Source of the DNA: Balanoglossus misakiensis
Taxonomy: Eukaryota; Animalia; Hemichordata
Length of the DNA stretch: 64,000 bases
Assembly: GCA_040954595.2 (NCBI GenBank)
Contig: CM082587.2
Coordinates: 11,413,403-11,477,402 of the forward strand
Direction: 5' to 3'
The position numbers and the translations under genes were made by a program. The notes beneath the pieces were generated by a model. It was not told the origin of the DNA. It was given only the letters and a program-made list of their open reading frames with translations, and searched no databases. Every line of letters begins with the position of its first letter. Position 1 is the first letter of the stretch. Below, one piece after another: positions 24,081 to 37,116 of the stretch.

Positions 24081-24884
24081 CCTTTTTTTGAAACTACGGA
24101 GCCCTCTTGTATTAAACGTCAAAACTGAAAAATCCATTACAAATTGTCATGAAATGTGTTGTGTCGACTGCTTCCAAAAACATTTCTGAAAATTGACTGA
24201 TGTGTCCCGCTTTGAAATAAACCCATCAAGAAACAACAAACAAACAAGACAAACACACCCTAAGGGCCGACAGAGGCGAGAGAAAAAAACCCAAAGGGCC
24301 AAAAAAAAGAGAAGACTGAGAAGAGACGAAACTCCCTTCCCCGGAGGAAAAAAACAAACAGGGAAAGGGGGCAAGACGAAAAGGAGAAGAAATACAAAAA
24401 GAACAAAAAAGAAGGGCAAGAAAAAAAAACCTACTCTGCTCGAGTGCCACACCTTCTCTGTGTCGGAGGTGTATTGAGATCTTTAAAATCAATGGCCGAC
24501 AACGTTACCGTTATTCTATGAATACTGTGTTTGGTAATTCAAAGTCGTACGCTACTATCCAGTTTACATTTACAATTTTCATTTACATTTACAAATGTCA
24601 TTTTTCTGGAATGTCATTTACCGTGAGTTCCTTTTTGACACCATTAGCGTACTTGATTACGAGTGTTGCCGGCACTTTCCAAGCTATGTAGCAGCTTTTC
24701 GTCGACGCTTCTCACGTTATCTTGCTTGCATACTGTAGTAGCCTCTTCCGTTCCGCGTATACTTTCTTGCTTACATCGTCAGACACATAAATCTGGTTTC
24801 CTTTCAACTTGTTTCCTTTCAGGCATCCAGGGGCCGCAAATAAAATCTGTCTGGCTTCGTTGGCGTTACCGAAGACCACCATAA
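24081..24884 (-). mobile_element. 5' part of L1/Tx1 LINE copy 1 (ORF1 remnant, inter-ORF spacer, start of ORF2), interrupted by the Helentron
   Basis: Reverse complement of 36369-37173 with few substitutions, with the identical 5' truncation point and flank (TGACCCGCTGTGACTTT at 24885). Confidence 0.92.
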
Positions 24885-26691
24885 TGACCCGCTGTGACTT
24901 TCCCTGTTCGGTTTGCCCGACTTAGCCAACGTCTTTGTACTAGAGTGTCGGGTCTTTTGCAGAGCCAGGCCGAAGGTAATCCGACTTGATCACCGTTGCT
25001 AACGAACGCTAGTGTCTGTCATGGTGTGCCGGGGTTTTAGTCGAGCCAGGCCGTAGGAGATCTGACTTGATCATCGTGGTCAAAGTACGCGTGTTTCCGC
25101 TCTAAAGTGCCGGGGCTTCAGCTAAACCAGGCCGTAGGAAATCCGACGTAATCACCGTTGATAACTTACGCCAGTCTGTGTCATATAGAGCCGGTGCACC
25201 AGCCGAGTCACGCCGTAGGAAATCTGACTTGATCAACGTGGTCAATGTACGCCTGTTTCTGCTCTAGAGCGCCGGGGCTTCAGCTGAGCCAGGCCGTAGG
25301 AAACCCGACGTGATTACCGTTGTTAACTTACGCCAGTCTGTGTCCTATATATAGTGCCGGGGCATCAGCCGTGCCAGGTCGAAGGAAATGTGAGTAGATC
25401 AACGTGGTTTTTGTACGCGTGTTTCTGCTCTAGAGTGCCAGGGCTTTAGCCAAGCCATGCCGTAGGAAATCTGACTTGATCAACGTTGCTAACGAACTCT
25501 AGTGTCTATCATAGTGTGCCGGGGTTTTAGTCGAGCCAAGCCGTAGGAGATCAGACTTGATCAACGTGGTCTCTGTACGCGTGTTTCTGCTCTAGAGTGC
25601 CGGGGCTTTATCCAAGCCATGCCGTAGAAAATCTGACTTGATCACCGTTGCTAACGTACGATAGTGTCTGTCATATTGTGACGAAGATTTAGCCGAGCCA
25701 GGCCGTAGAAAAATCGACTTGTTCAACGTTACCAGTGTGCAACTGTTTCTGCTCTAGAGTGTCAGGATTTTAGCCGACTTATGCTGTAGGAAATCTGAGT
25801 TGATGAACGGGAATTCAATGTTAGAAAATCCGTGTGGAAAGTATCTCTACCCGTTTGAAACTAAGAAAAGAATTTATTTTTATTTATTTTGTAAAAAAGA
25901 CAATTTTTCGAAAAAAAAGTCGAAAATGGTAATTTTGTCTTGGGTGATTCAAATTATACCGCCTTTTCTGCAATTTGCAGCACTTTTTACAAGAGAACGA
26001 CACTTCATGCTCCATAATATTTCCGAAATTGAAGAAAAGAGTTAATTTTTTATGATTTTTTAAAAATTTACCTTTTTTGTCAAAATATGGCCAAAATGGC
26101 TATTTTTTATTGAATTCCGTCAATATCTCTGCATTTTTGGAGTGGTCGAAAGTTTTAACATACAATCAACATGTCATATATGATCAGGGCACCAAATTCG
26201 AAGAACAAAGGTTTTTTTAGTTTTTTTTCTAAAAATGACATTTTCAAGGAAAATTTGGTAAAAAGCAATTTTGTCTGCAGTGAGCCAAATTAGACGGTAT
26301 TTTGTGGAATTTGTATCGATATATACATACGAAGAGCATTCTATACTCCATCAGATTTCCGAAAATGTAGAAAACAGGTCTTTTTTGTAATTTTCAAAAA
26401 TTTACCATTTTGACCAAATTGTGGCTAAAATTGTTATTTTCGTGTTGAATGCCGCCAGTGTCACTGCTTTTAAAAGTCATAAAAACGTTTAACATACAAG
26501 CAATTGTTTATATATGATCAGGTCACCGAATTAAAAAAAATAAAGAATGTTTTGCCTAAAAATTACCTTTTTGGTGCAAAAACGCAATTTTGTATTAAAT
26601 CAGCTCATTCAGAGTGCATTTTTTATAATCAGCACCATTTTTACATAAAATGGAAATTTCATACATCATCAGATATCCAAATATGAAAAAA

Positions 26692-28530
26692 TAGCGTCAA
26701 GGACACTGTGGTCCCATTTGAGGATTATGCGGAAACAGTGACACACCAGAATAAAAATTACAGGTGACATTGCAAGCAGTTCTGCAAGCAGCAATAGCGG
26801 GCCCAAGCCAACATAGCACATAGCAACATAGCAATAAGCATATCTGCTCTGGATGCCAAGATATGGAAAAGTAGGTCAAAGGTCACCTGAGGTTATGCAA
26901 AATTTGGGCAAGAAATTTTGACCATATACTGGTCCATGTTCAACAAAAATCAAACCTATAGCCCTATTGGTTAGCCTGGAATTAGGTATGCACATAATTA
27001 ATGAGATATGCAGGTGTCACAGATGACCCCAAATTTTGGCTTTTCAATTTTAGTCCCAACCCTCCAAACGCCAAGTCTGTACCTGCTCTGGATGCCAAGA
27101 TATGATAAAGTAGGTCAAAGGTCGCCTGAGGTCATGCAAAATTTGGGCAATAAATTTTGACCTTATACTGGTCCATGTTCAACAAAAACCAAACCTATAG
27201 CCCTATTGGTTAGCCTGGAATTAGGTATGCACATAATTAATGAGATATGCAGGTGTCACAGGTGACCCCCAATTTTGGCTTTTCAATTTTAGTCCCAACC
27301 CTCCTAACGCCAAGTCTGTACCTGCTCTGGATGCCAAGATATGGTAAAGTAGGTCAAAGGTCACCTGAGGTCATGCAAAATTTGGGCAAGAAATTTTGAC
27401 CCTATACTGGTCCATGTTCAACAAAAACCAAACCTTTAGCCCTAATGGTTAGCCTGGAATTAGGTATGCACATAATTAATGAGATATGCAGGTGTCACAG
27501 GTGACCCCCAATTTTGGCTTTTCAATTTTAGTCCCAACCCTCCTAACGCCAAGTCTGTACCTGCTCTGGATGCCAAGATATGGTAAAGTAGGTCAAAGGT
27601 CACCTGAGGTCATGCAAAATTTGGGCAAGAAATTTTGACCCTATACTGGTCCATGTTCAACAAAAACCAAACCTATAGCCCTAATGGTTAGCCTGGAATT
27701 AGGTATGCACATAATTAATGAGATATGCAGGTGTCACAGGTGACCCCCAATTTTGGCTTTTCAATTTTAGTCCCAACCCTCCAAACGCCAAGTCTGTACC
27801 TGCTCTGGATGCCGAGATATAGGAAAGTAGGTCAAAGGTCACCTGAGGTCACCCAAAATTTGGGCAAGAAATTTTGACCCTATACTGGTCCATGTTCCAC
27901 AAGAACGAAACCTCTAGCCCTATTAGTTAGCCCGGAATTAGGTATGCACATAATTAATGTGTTAAGCAGGTGTTACAGGTGAGCCCAAAATTTTGCCTTT
28001 TATTTTGGCCCCATTGTGCTCACTGACCAATAGACAGTCACTGTACAGGACTATTGCACAGACCAGAATTCCACAATAAGACGTGGACATAGCTTAACCA
28101 TAGAGGTATAAGTAAAGGTATAAATTTAATAAAAAGACTAAAAAATTCATAAAAAATAAAACATCCATGATATTAACTTAACACTTACAGGTCGATGTGA
28201 GGTTGACATATGGTACATGCTTACCAATTTTTAAAGCAATCTGACGAGTAGTTGTTAACTTTCAGAGTTTTGATAAATTTCACATTTGTCCAGCTAATTT
28301 GCATATTTTTGGGCTTGGCATCTTCGTTTGGACAAACTCCCATCTACAGCCCAGCCTGCACCTACACACCAAATATTGAGGTGATACGCGCAGCGGTTTT
28401 CAAGTTTTTGATGTGGACGGACATACAGACATACATCCATCCATCCATCCATCCATCCATCCATACATACATACAGACGCAACCGATCCCATAAGGTCCC
28501 ATGGTATATATGCCTATACCAATGGGACCT
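26692..28530 (-). mobile_element. Non-autonomous HINE, family 2 (~1.84 kb)
   Basis: Minus strand begins TAGGTCCCATTGGTATA..TATACCATGGGACCT (hairpin), then a (GTAT)/(GGAT) microsatellite. It ends ATGGGACC (subTIR), AGTGTC-CTT-GACGCT (hairpin), ATTTT. It sits in an A6/T6 run; the empty site is at 34551-34572. Confidence 0.85.
26757..28012 (-). repeat. Nested family-1-related HINE segment with five ~239-bp tandem repeats
   Basis: CTGCTCTGGATGCC recurs every ~239 bp from 26843. Minus strand GCTTGGGCCCGCTATTGCTGCTTGCAG resembles the family-1 3' end. No family-1 5' hairpin. Confidence 0.75.
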
Positions 28531-31500
28531 AAAAATGATTTAGATTTTAGATGATTGTCCAAAATTAGCTGATATCTAATAAATGTAGTATTGAACCGTT
28601 CTGTCCCCCCCCCCCCTACATTATATGCGGTACGCCGATGTAAGCTTACCCGGCAGTACTGCAGGCCGTGCCCCCAACTAACGTCGGTGTTTGAAACGCC
28701 CTGGTTAAATTCGGGCTTTCTCTATAAATTGACAGGCAATAATGCAGTCCTACCCGAACAAATGTCGAGTGTTGACCCGCTGTGACATTCCCTCTTCGGT
28801 TTGCCCGACTTAGCCAACGTCTTTGTACTAGAGTGTCGGGTCTTTTGCAGAGCCAGGCCGAAGGAAATCCGACTTGATCACCGTTGCTAACGAACGCTAG
28901 TGTCTGTCATGGTGTGCCGGGGTTTTAGTCGAGCCAGGCCGTAGGAAATCTGACTTGATCAACGTGGTCAATGTACGCCTGTTTCTGCTCTAGAGTGCCG
29001 GGGCTTCAGCTGAGCCAGGCCGTAGGAAACCCGACGTGATTACCGTTGTTAACTTACGCCAGCCTGTGTCATATATATAGTGCCGGGGCATCAGCCGTGC
29101 CAGGCCGAAGGAAATGTGAGTAGATTAACGTGGTCTCTGTCCGCGTGTTTCTGCTCTAGAGTGCCAGGGTTTTAGCCAAGCCAAGCCGTAGGAAATCTGA
29201 CTTGATCAACGTTGCTAACGAACGCTAGTGTCTGTCATAGTGTGCCGGGGTTTTAGTCGAGCCAAGCCGTAGGAGATCAGACTTGATCAACGTGGTCTCT
29301 GTACGCGTGTTTCTGCTCTAGAGTGCCGGGGCTTCAGCTGAGCCAGGCCGTAGGAAACCCGACGTGATTTCCGTTGTTAACTTACGCCAGTCTGTGTCCT
29401 ATATATAGTGCCGGGGCATCAGCCGTGCCAGGCCGAAGGAAATGTGAGTAGATCAACGTGGTCTCTGTACGCGTGTTTCTGCTCTAGAGTGCCAGGGCTT
29501 TAGCCAAGCCATGCCGTAGGAAATCTCACTTGATCACCGTTGCTAACGTACGCTAGTGTCTGTCATATTGTGACGGAGATTTAGCCGAGCCAGGCCGTAG
29601 AAAAATCGACTTGTTCAACGTTTCCAGTGTGCAACTGTTTCTGCTCTAGAGTGTCAGGGTTTTAGCCGACTTATGCTGTAGGAAATCTGAGTTGATGAAC
29701 GGGAAGTCAATGTTAGGAAACCCGTGTGGAAAGTATCTCTACCCGTTTGAAACTAAGAAAAGAATTTATTCTTATTTATTTTGTAAAAAAGACAATTTTT
29801 CGAAAAAAAGTCGAAAATGGTAATTTTGTCTTGGGTGATTCAAATTATACCGCCTTTTCTGGAATTTGCAGCACTTTTTACAAGAGAACGACACTTCATG
29901 CTCCATAATATTTCCGAAAATGAAGAAAAGAGTTAATTTTTTATGATTTTTTAAAAATTTACCATTTTTGTCAAAATATGGCCAAAATGGCTATTTTTTC
30001 TTGAATTCCGTCAATATCTCTGCATTTTTAGAGTGGTCGAAAGTTTTAACATACAATCAACATGTCATATATGATCAGGGCACCAAATTCGAAGAACAAA
30101 GGTTTTTTTATTTGTTTTTCTAAAAATGACATTTTCAAGGAAAATTTGGTAAAACGCAATTTTGTCTGCAGTGAGCCAAATTAGACGGTCTTTTGTGGAA
30201 TTTGTATCGATATATACATACGAAAAGCATTCTATACTCCATCAGATTTCCGAAAATGTAGAAAACAGGTATTTTTTATAATTTTCAAAAAATTACCATT
30301 TTGACCAAATTGTGGCTAAAATTGTTATTTTCGTGTTGAATGCCGCCAGTGTCACTGCTTTTAAAAGTCATAAAAACTTTTAACATACAAGCAATTGTTT
30401 ATATATGATCAGGTCACCGAATTAAAAAAATAAAGAATGTTTTGCCTAAAAATGACCTTTTTGGTGCAAAAACGAATAAAACGCAATTTTGTATTAAATC
30501 AGCTCATTCAGAGTGCATTTTTTATAATCAGCACCATTTTTACATATAATGGAAATTTCCTACATCATCAGATATCCAAATATGAAAAAATGATTTAGAT
30601 TTTAGATGATTGTCCAAAATTAGCTGATATCTAATAAATGTAGTATTGAACCGTTCCGTTCCCCCCCCCCCCACCCCCCCCCCCCTTACATTATATGCGG
30701 TACGCTGATGTCAGCTTACCCGGCAGTACTGCAGGCCGTGCCCCCAACTAACATCGGTGTTGGAAACGCCCTGGTTAAATTCGGGCTTCCTCTATAAATT
30801 GACAGGCAATAATGCAGTCCTACCCAAACAAATGTCGAGTGTTGACCCGCTGTGACTTTCCCTCTTCGGTTTGCCCGACTTAGCCAACGTCTTTGTACTA
30901 GAGTGTCGGGTCTTTTGCAGAGCCAGGCCGAAGGAAATCCGACTTGATCACCGTTGCTAACGAACGCTAGTGTCTGTCATGGTGTGCCGGGGTTTTAGTC
31001 GAGCCAGGCCGTAGGAGATCTGACTTGATCAACGTGGTCAATGTACGCCTGTTTCTGCTCTAGAGCACCGGGGCTTCAGCTGAGCCAGGCCGCAGGAAAC
31101 CCGACGTGATTACCGTTGTTAACTTACGCCAGTCTGTGTCCTATATATAGTGCCGGGGCATCAGCCGTGCCAGGCCGAAGGAAATGTGAGTAGATCAACG
31201 TGGTTTTTGTACGCGTGTTTCCGCTCTAAAGTGCCGGGGCTTCAGCTAAACCAGGCCGTAGGAAATCCGACGTAATCACCGTTGATAACTTACGCCTGTC
31301 TGTGTCATATAGAGCCGGTGCACCAGCCGAGTCACGCCGTAGGAAATCTGACTTGATCAACGTGGTCAATGTACGCCTGTTTCTGCTCTAGAGTGCCGGG
31401 GCTTCAGCTGAGCCAGGCCGTAGGAAACCCTACGTGATTACCGTTGTTAACTTACGCCAGTCTGTGTCCTATATATAGTGCCGGGGCATCAGCCGTGCCA

Positions 31501-33104
31501 GGCCGAAGGGAATGTGAGTAGATCAACGTGGTCTCTGTACGCGTGTTTCTGCTCTAGAGTGCCAGGGCTTTAGCCAAGCCATGCCGTAGGAAATCTGACA
31601 TGATCAACGTTGCTAACGAACGCTAGTGTCTGTCATAGTGTGCCGGGGTTTTAGTCGAGCCAGGCCGTAGGAGATCTGACTTGATCAACGTGGTCAATGT
31701 ACGCCTGTTTCTGCTCTAGAGCGCCGGGGCTTCAGCTGAGCCAGGCCGCAGGAAACCCGACGTGATTACCGTTGTTAACCTACGCCAGTCTGTGTCCTAT
31801 ATATAGTGCCGGGGCATCAGCCGTGCCAGGCCGAAGGAAATGTGAGTAGATCAACGTGGTCTCTGTACGCGTGTTTCTGCTCTAGAGTGCCAGGGCTTTA
31901 GCCAAGCCATGCCGTAGGAAATCTGACATGATCAACGTTGCTAACGAACGCTAGTGTCTGTCATAGTGTGCCGGGGTTTTAGTCGAGCCAAGCCGTAGGA
32001 GATCAGACTTGATCAACGTGGTCTCTGTACGCGTGTTTCTGCTCTAGAGTGCCGGGGCTTCAGCTGAGCCAGGCCGTAGGAAACCCGACGTGATTACCGT
32101 TGTTAACTTACGCCAGTCTGTGTCCTATATATAGTGCCGGGGCATCAGCCGTGCCAGGCCGAAGGAAATGTGAGTAGATCAACGTGGTCTCTGTACGCGT
32201 GTTTCTGCTCTAGAGTGCCAGGGCTTTAGCCAAGCCATGCCGTAGGAAATCTCACTTGATCACCGTTGCTAACGTACGCTAGTGTCTGTCATTTTGTGAC
32301 GGAGATTTAGCCGAGCCAGGCCGTAGAAAAATCGACTTGTTCAACGTTACCAGTGTGCAACTGTTTCTGCTCTAGAGTGTCAGGGTTTTAGCCGACTTAT
32401 GCTGTAGGAAATCTGAGTTGATGAACGGGAATTCAATGTTAGAAAACCCGTGTGGAAAGTATCTCTACCCGTTTGAAACTAAGAAAAGAATTTATTCTTA
32501 TTTATTTTGTAAAAAAGACAATTTTTCGAAAAAAAGTTGAAAATGGTAATTTTGTCTTGGGTGATTCAAATTATACCGCCTTTTCTGGAATTTGCAGCAC
32601 TTTTTGCAAGAGAACGACACCTTATGCTCCATAATATTTCCGAAAATGAAGAAAAGAGTTAATTTTTTATGATTTTTTAAAAATTTACCATTTTTGTCAA
32701 AATATGGCCAAAATGGCTATTTTTTCTTTAATTCCGTCAATATATCTGCATTTTTGGAGTGGTCGAAAGTTTTAACATACAATCAACATGTCATATATGA
32801 TCAGGGCACCAAATTCGAAGAACAAAGGTTTTTTTATTTTTTTTTCTTCTAAAAATGACATTTTCAAGGAAAATTTGGTAAAACGCAATTTTGTCTGCAG
32901 TGAGCCAAATTAGACGGTCTTTTGTGGAATTTGTATCGATATATACATACGAAGAGCATTCTATACTCCATCAGATTTCCGAAAATGTAGAAAACAGGTA
33001 TTTTTTGTAAATTTCAAAAATTTACCATTTTGACTAAATTGTGGCTAAAATTGTTATTTTCGTGATGAATGCCGCCAGTGTCACTGCTTTTAAAAGTCAT
33101 TAAA

Positions 33105-36100
33105 AGCCATTTTGGCCATATTTTGACAAAAATGGTAAATTTTTAAAAAATCATAAAAAATTAACTCGTTTCTTCATTTTCGGAAATATTATGGAGCATA
33201 AGGTGTCGTTCTCTTGCAAAAAGTGCTGCAAATTCCAGAAAAGGCGGTATAATTTGAATCACCCAAGACAAAATTACCATTTTCAACTTTTTTTCGAAAA
33301 ATTGTCTTTTTTACAAAATAAATAAAAATAAATTCTTTTCTTAGTTTCAAACGGGTAGAGATACTTTCCACACGGGTTTCCTAACATTGACTTCCCGTTC
33401 ATCAACTCAGATTTCCTACAGCATAAGTCGGCTAAAACCCTGACACTCTAGAGCAGAAACAGTTGCACACTGGAAACGTTGAACAAGTCGATTTTTCTAC
33501 GGCCTGGCTCGGCTAAATCTCCGTCACAATATGACAGACACTAGCGTACGTTAGCAACGGTGATCAAGTGAGATTTCCTACGGCATGGCTTGGCTAAAGC
33601 CCTGGCACTCTAGAGCAGAAACACGCGTACAGAGACCACGTTGATCTACTCACATTTCCTTCGGCCTGGCACGGCTGATGCCCCGGCACTATATATAGGA
33701 CACAGACTGGCGTAAGTTAACAACGGAAATCACGTCGGGTTTCCTACGGCCTGGCTCAGCTGAAGCCCCGGCACTCTAGAGCAGAAAAACGCGTACAGAG
33801 ACCACGTTGATCAAGTCTGATCTCCTACGGCTTGGCTCGACTAAAACCCCGGCACACTATGACAGACACTAGCGTTCGTTAGCAACGTTGATCAAGTCAG
33901 ATTTCCTACGGCTTGGCTTGGCTAAAACCCTGGCACTCTAGAGCAGAAACACGCGTACAGAGACCACGTTAATCTACTCACATTTCCTTCGGCCTGGCAC
34001 GGCTGATGCCCCGGCACTATATATATGACACAGACTGGCGTAAGTTAACAACGGTAATCACGTCGGGTTTCCTACGGCCTGGCTCAGCTGAAGCCCCGGC
34101 ACTCTAGAGCAGAAACAGGCGTACATTGACCACGTTGATCAAGTCAGATTTCCTACGGCCTGGCTCGACTAAAACCCCGGCACACCATGACAGACACTAG
34201 CGTTCGTTAGCAACGGTGATCAAGTCGGATTTCCTTCGGCCTGGCTCTGCAAAAGACCCGACACTCTAGTACAAAGACGTTGGCTAAGTCGGGCAAACCG
34301 AAGAGGGAATGTCACAGCGGGTCAACACTCGACATTTGTTCGGGTAGGACTGCATTATTGCCTGTCAATTTATAGAGAAAGCCCGAATTTAACCAGGGCG
34401 TTTCAAACACCGACGTTAGTTGGGGGCACGGCCTGCAGTACTGCCGGGTAAGCTTACATCGGCGTACCGCATATAATGTAGGGGGGGGGGGGACAGAACG
34501 GTTCAATACTACATTTATTAGATATCAGCTAATTTTGGACAATCATCTAAAATCTAAATCATTTTTTCATATTTGGATATCTGATGATGTATGAAATTTC
34601 CATTTTATGTAAAAATGGTGCTGATTATAAAAAATGCACTCTGAATGAGCTGATTTAATACAAAATTGCGTTTTTGCACCAAAAAGGTAATTTTTAGGCA
34701 AAACATTCTTTATTTTTTTTAATTCGGTGACCTGATCATATATAAACAATTGCTTGTATGTTAAACGTTTTTATGACTTTTAAAAGCAGTGACACTGGCG
34801 GCATTCAACACGAAAATAACAATTTTAGCCACAATTTGGTCAAAATGGTAAATTTTTGAAAATTACACAAAAGACCTGTTTTCTACATTTTCGGAAATCT
34901 GATGGAGTATAGAATGCTCTTCGTATGTATATATCGATACAAATTCCACAAAAGACCGTCTAATTTGGCTCACTGCAGACAAAATTGCTTTTTACCAAAT
35001 TTTCCTTGAAAATGTCATTTTTAGAAAAAAAACTAAAAAAACCTTTGTTCTTCGAATTTGGTGCCCTGATCATATATGACATGTTGATTGTATGTTAAAA
35101 CTTTCGACCACTCCAAAAATGCAGAGATATTGACGGAATTCAATAAAAAATAGCCATTTTGGCCATATTTTGACAAAAAAGGTAAATTTTTAAAAAATCA
35201 TAAAAAATTAACTCGTTTCTTCATTTTCGGAAATATTATGGAGCATGAAGTGTCGTTCTCTTGTAAAAAGTGCTGCAAATTGCAGAAAAGGCGGTATAAT
35301 TTGAATCACCCAAGACAAAATTACCATTTTCGACTTTTTTTTCGAAAAATTGTCTTTTTTACAAAATAAATAAAAATAAATTCTTTTCTTAGTTTCAAAC
35401 GGGTAGAGATACTTTCCACACGGATTTTCTAACATTGAATTCCCGTTCATCAACTCAGATTTCCTACAGCATAAGTCGGCTAAAATCCTGACACTCTAGA
35501 GCAGAAACAGTTGCACACTGGTAACGTTGAACAAGTCGATTTTTCTACGGCCTGGCTCGGCTAAATCTTCGTCACAATATGACAGACACTATCGTACGTT
35601 AGCAACGGTGATCAAGTCAGATTTTCTACGGCATGGCTTGGATAAAGCCCCGGCACTCTAGAGCAGAAACACGCGTACAGAGACCACGTTGATCAAGTCT
35701 GATCTCCTACGGCTTGGCTCGACTAAAACCCCGGCACACTATGATAGACACTAGAGTTCGTTAGCAACGTTGATCAAGTCAGATTTCCTACGGCATGGCT
35801 TGGCTAAAGCCCTGGCACTCTAGAGCAGAAACACGCGTACAAAAACCACGTTGATCTACTCACATTTCCTTCGACCTGGCACGGCTGATGCCCCGGCACT
35901 ATATATAGGACACAGACTGGCGTAAGTTAACAACGGTAATCACGTCGGGTTTCCTACGGCCTGGCTCAGCTGAAGCCCCGGCGCTCTAGAGCAGAAACAG
36001 GCGTACATTGACCACGTTGATCAAGTCAGATTTCCTACGGCGTGACTCGGCTGGTGCACCGGCTCTATATGACACAGACTGGCGTAAGTTATCAACGGTG

Positions 36101-36368
36101 ATTACGTCGGATTTCCTACGGCCTGGTTTAGCTGAAGCCCCGGCACTTTAGAGCGGAAACACGCGTACATTGACCACGATGATCAAGTCAGATCTCCTAC
36201 GGCCTGGCTCGACTAAAACCCCGGCACACCATGACAGACACTAGCGTTCGTTAGCAACGGTGATCAAGTCGGATTACCTTCGGCCTGGCTCTGCAAAAGA
36301 CCCGACACTCTAGTACAAAGACGTTGGCTAAGTCGGGCAAACCGAACAGGGAAAGTCACAGCGGGTCA
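33105..36368 (-). repeat. Macrosatellite, inverted block (mirror of 24885-26691 + 28531-29991)
   Basis: Shares private variants with the left arm (e.g. deletion in GGTGCAAAAACGCAATT, GTGACATTCCC). Confidence 0.9.
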
Positions 36369-36370
36369 TT

Positions 36371-36655
36371 ATGGTGGTCTTCGGTAACGCCAACGAAGCC
36401 AGACAGATTTTATTTGCGGCCCCTGGATGCCTGAAAGGAAACAAGTTGAAAGGAAACCAGATTTATGTGTCTGACGATGTAAGCAAGACAGTATACGCGG
36501 AACGGAAGAGGCTACTACAGTATGCAAGCAAGATAAAGAGAGAAGCGTCGACGAAAAGCTGCTACATAGCTTGGAAAGTGCCGGCAACACTCGTAATCAA
36601 GTACGCTAATGGTGTCAAAAAGGAACTCACGGTAAATGACATTCCAGAAAAATGA
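36371..36655 (+). pseudogene. C-terminal remnant of LINE ORF1 (5'-truncated)
   Basis: LKGNQIYVSDDVSKTVYAERKRL resembles the L1-type ORF1p RRM/CTD junction motif. It lies upstream of ORF2. Confidence 0.7.
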
Positions 36656-37116
36656 CATTTGTAAATGTAAATGAAAATTGTAAATGTAAACTGGATAGTA
36701 GCGTACGACTTTGAATTACCAAACACAGTATTCATAGAATAACGGTAACGTTGTCGGCCATTGATTTTAAAGATCTCAATACACCTCCGACACAGAGAAG
36801 GTGTGGCACTCGAGCAGAGTAGGTTTTTTTTTTCTTGCCCTTCTTTTTTGTTCTTTTTGTATTTCTTCTCCTTTTCGTCTTGCCCCCTTTCCCTGTTTGT
36901 TTTTTTCCTCCGGGGAAGGGAGTTTCGTCTCTTCTCAGTCTTCTCTTTTTTTTGGCCCTTTGGGTTTTTTTCTCTCGCCTCTGTCGGCCCTTAGGGTGTG
37001 TTTGTCTTGTTTGTTTGTTGTTTCTTGATGGGTTTATTTCAAAGCGGGACACATCAGTCAATTTTCAGAAATGTTTTTGGAAGCAGTCGACACAACACAT
37101 TTCATGACAATTTGAA

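Larger units (their letters stand above)
24885..33100 (+). repeat. ~2.05-kb macrosatellite, forward block (one monomer expanded to ~2.73 kb; interrupted by 26692-28530)
   Basis: Monomer consists of a GC-rich block of 81-bp subunits, an AT-rich block of ~3 degenerate ~330-bp subunits and a poly-C segment. Equivalent positions at 29726 and 32452. Confidence 0.92.

Noticed and set aside
24081-24884. Independent second LINE insertion indicating target specificity
   Set aside because: The identical truncation point and shared private flank variants show a segmental duplication.
24940-25790. 81-bp periodic repeats as a CRISPR array or a 27-aa coding repeat
   Set aside because: No unique spacers or cas genes, the context is eukaryotic, and the ORF track shows no long frame on either strand.
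26686-28535. AAAAA as a 5-bp TSD of a cut-and-paste element
   Set aside because: No terminal inverted repeats; the subTIR, hairpin and microsatellite layout fits a HINE whose own terminal T residues explain the extra bases.
36732-37107. Lys-rich and Phe-rich ORFs (and their mirrors at 24147-24492)
   Set aside because: Products of the T-rich LINE inter-ORF spacer; a homopolymer indel changes them between the two copies.
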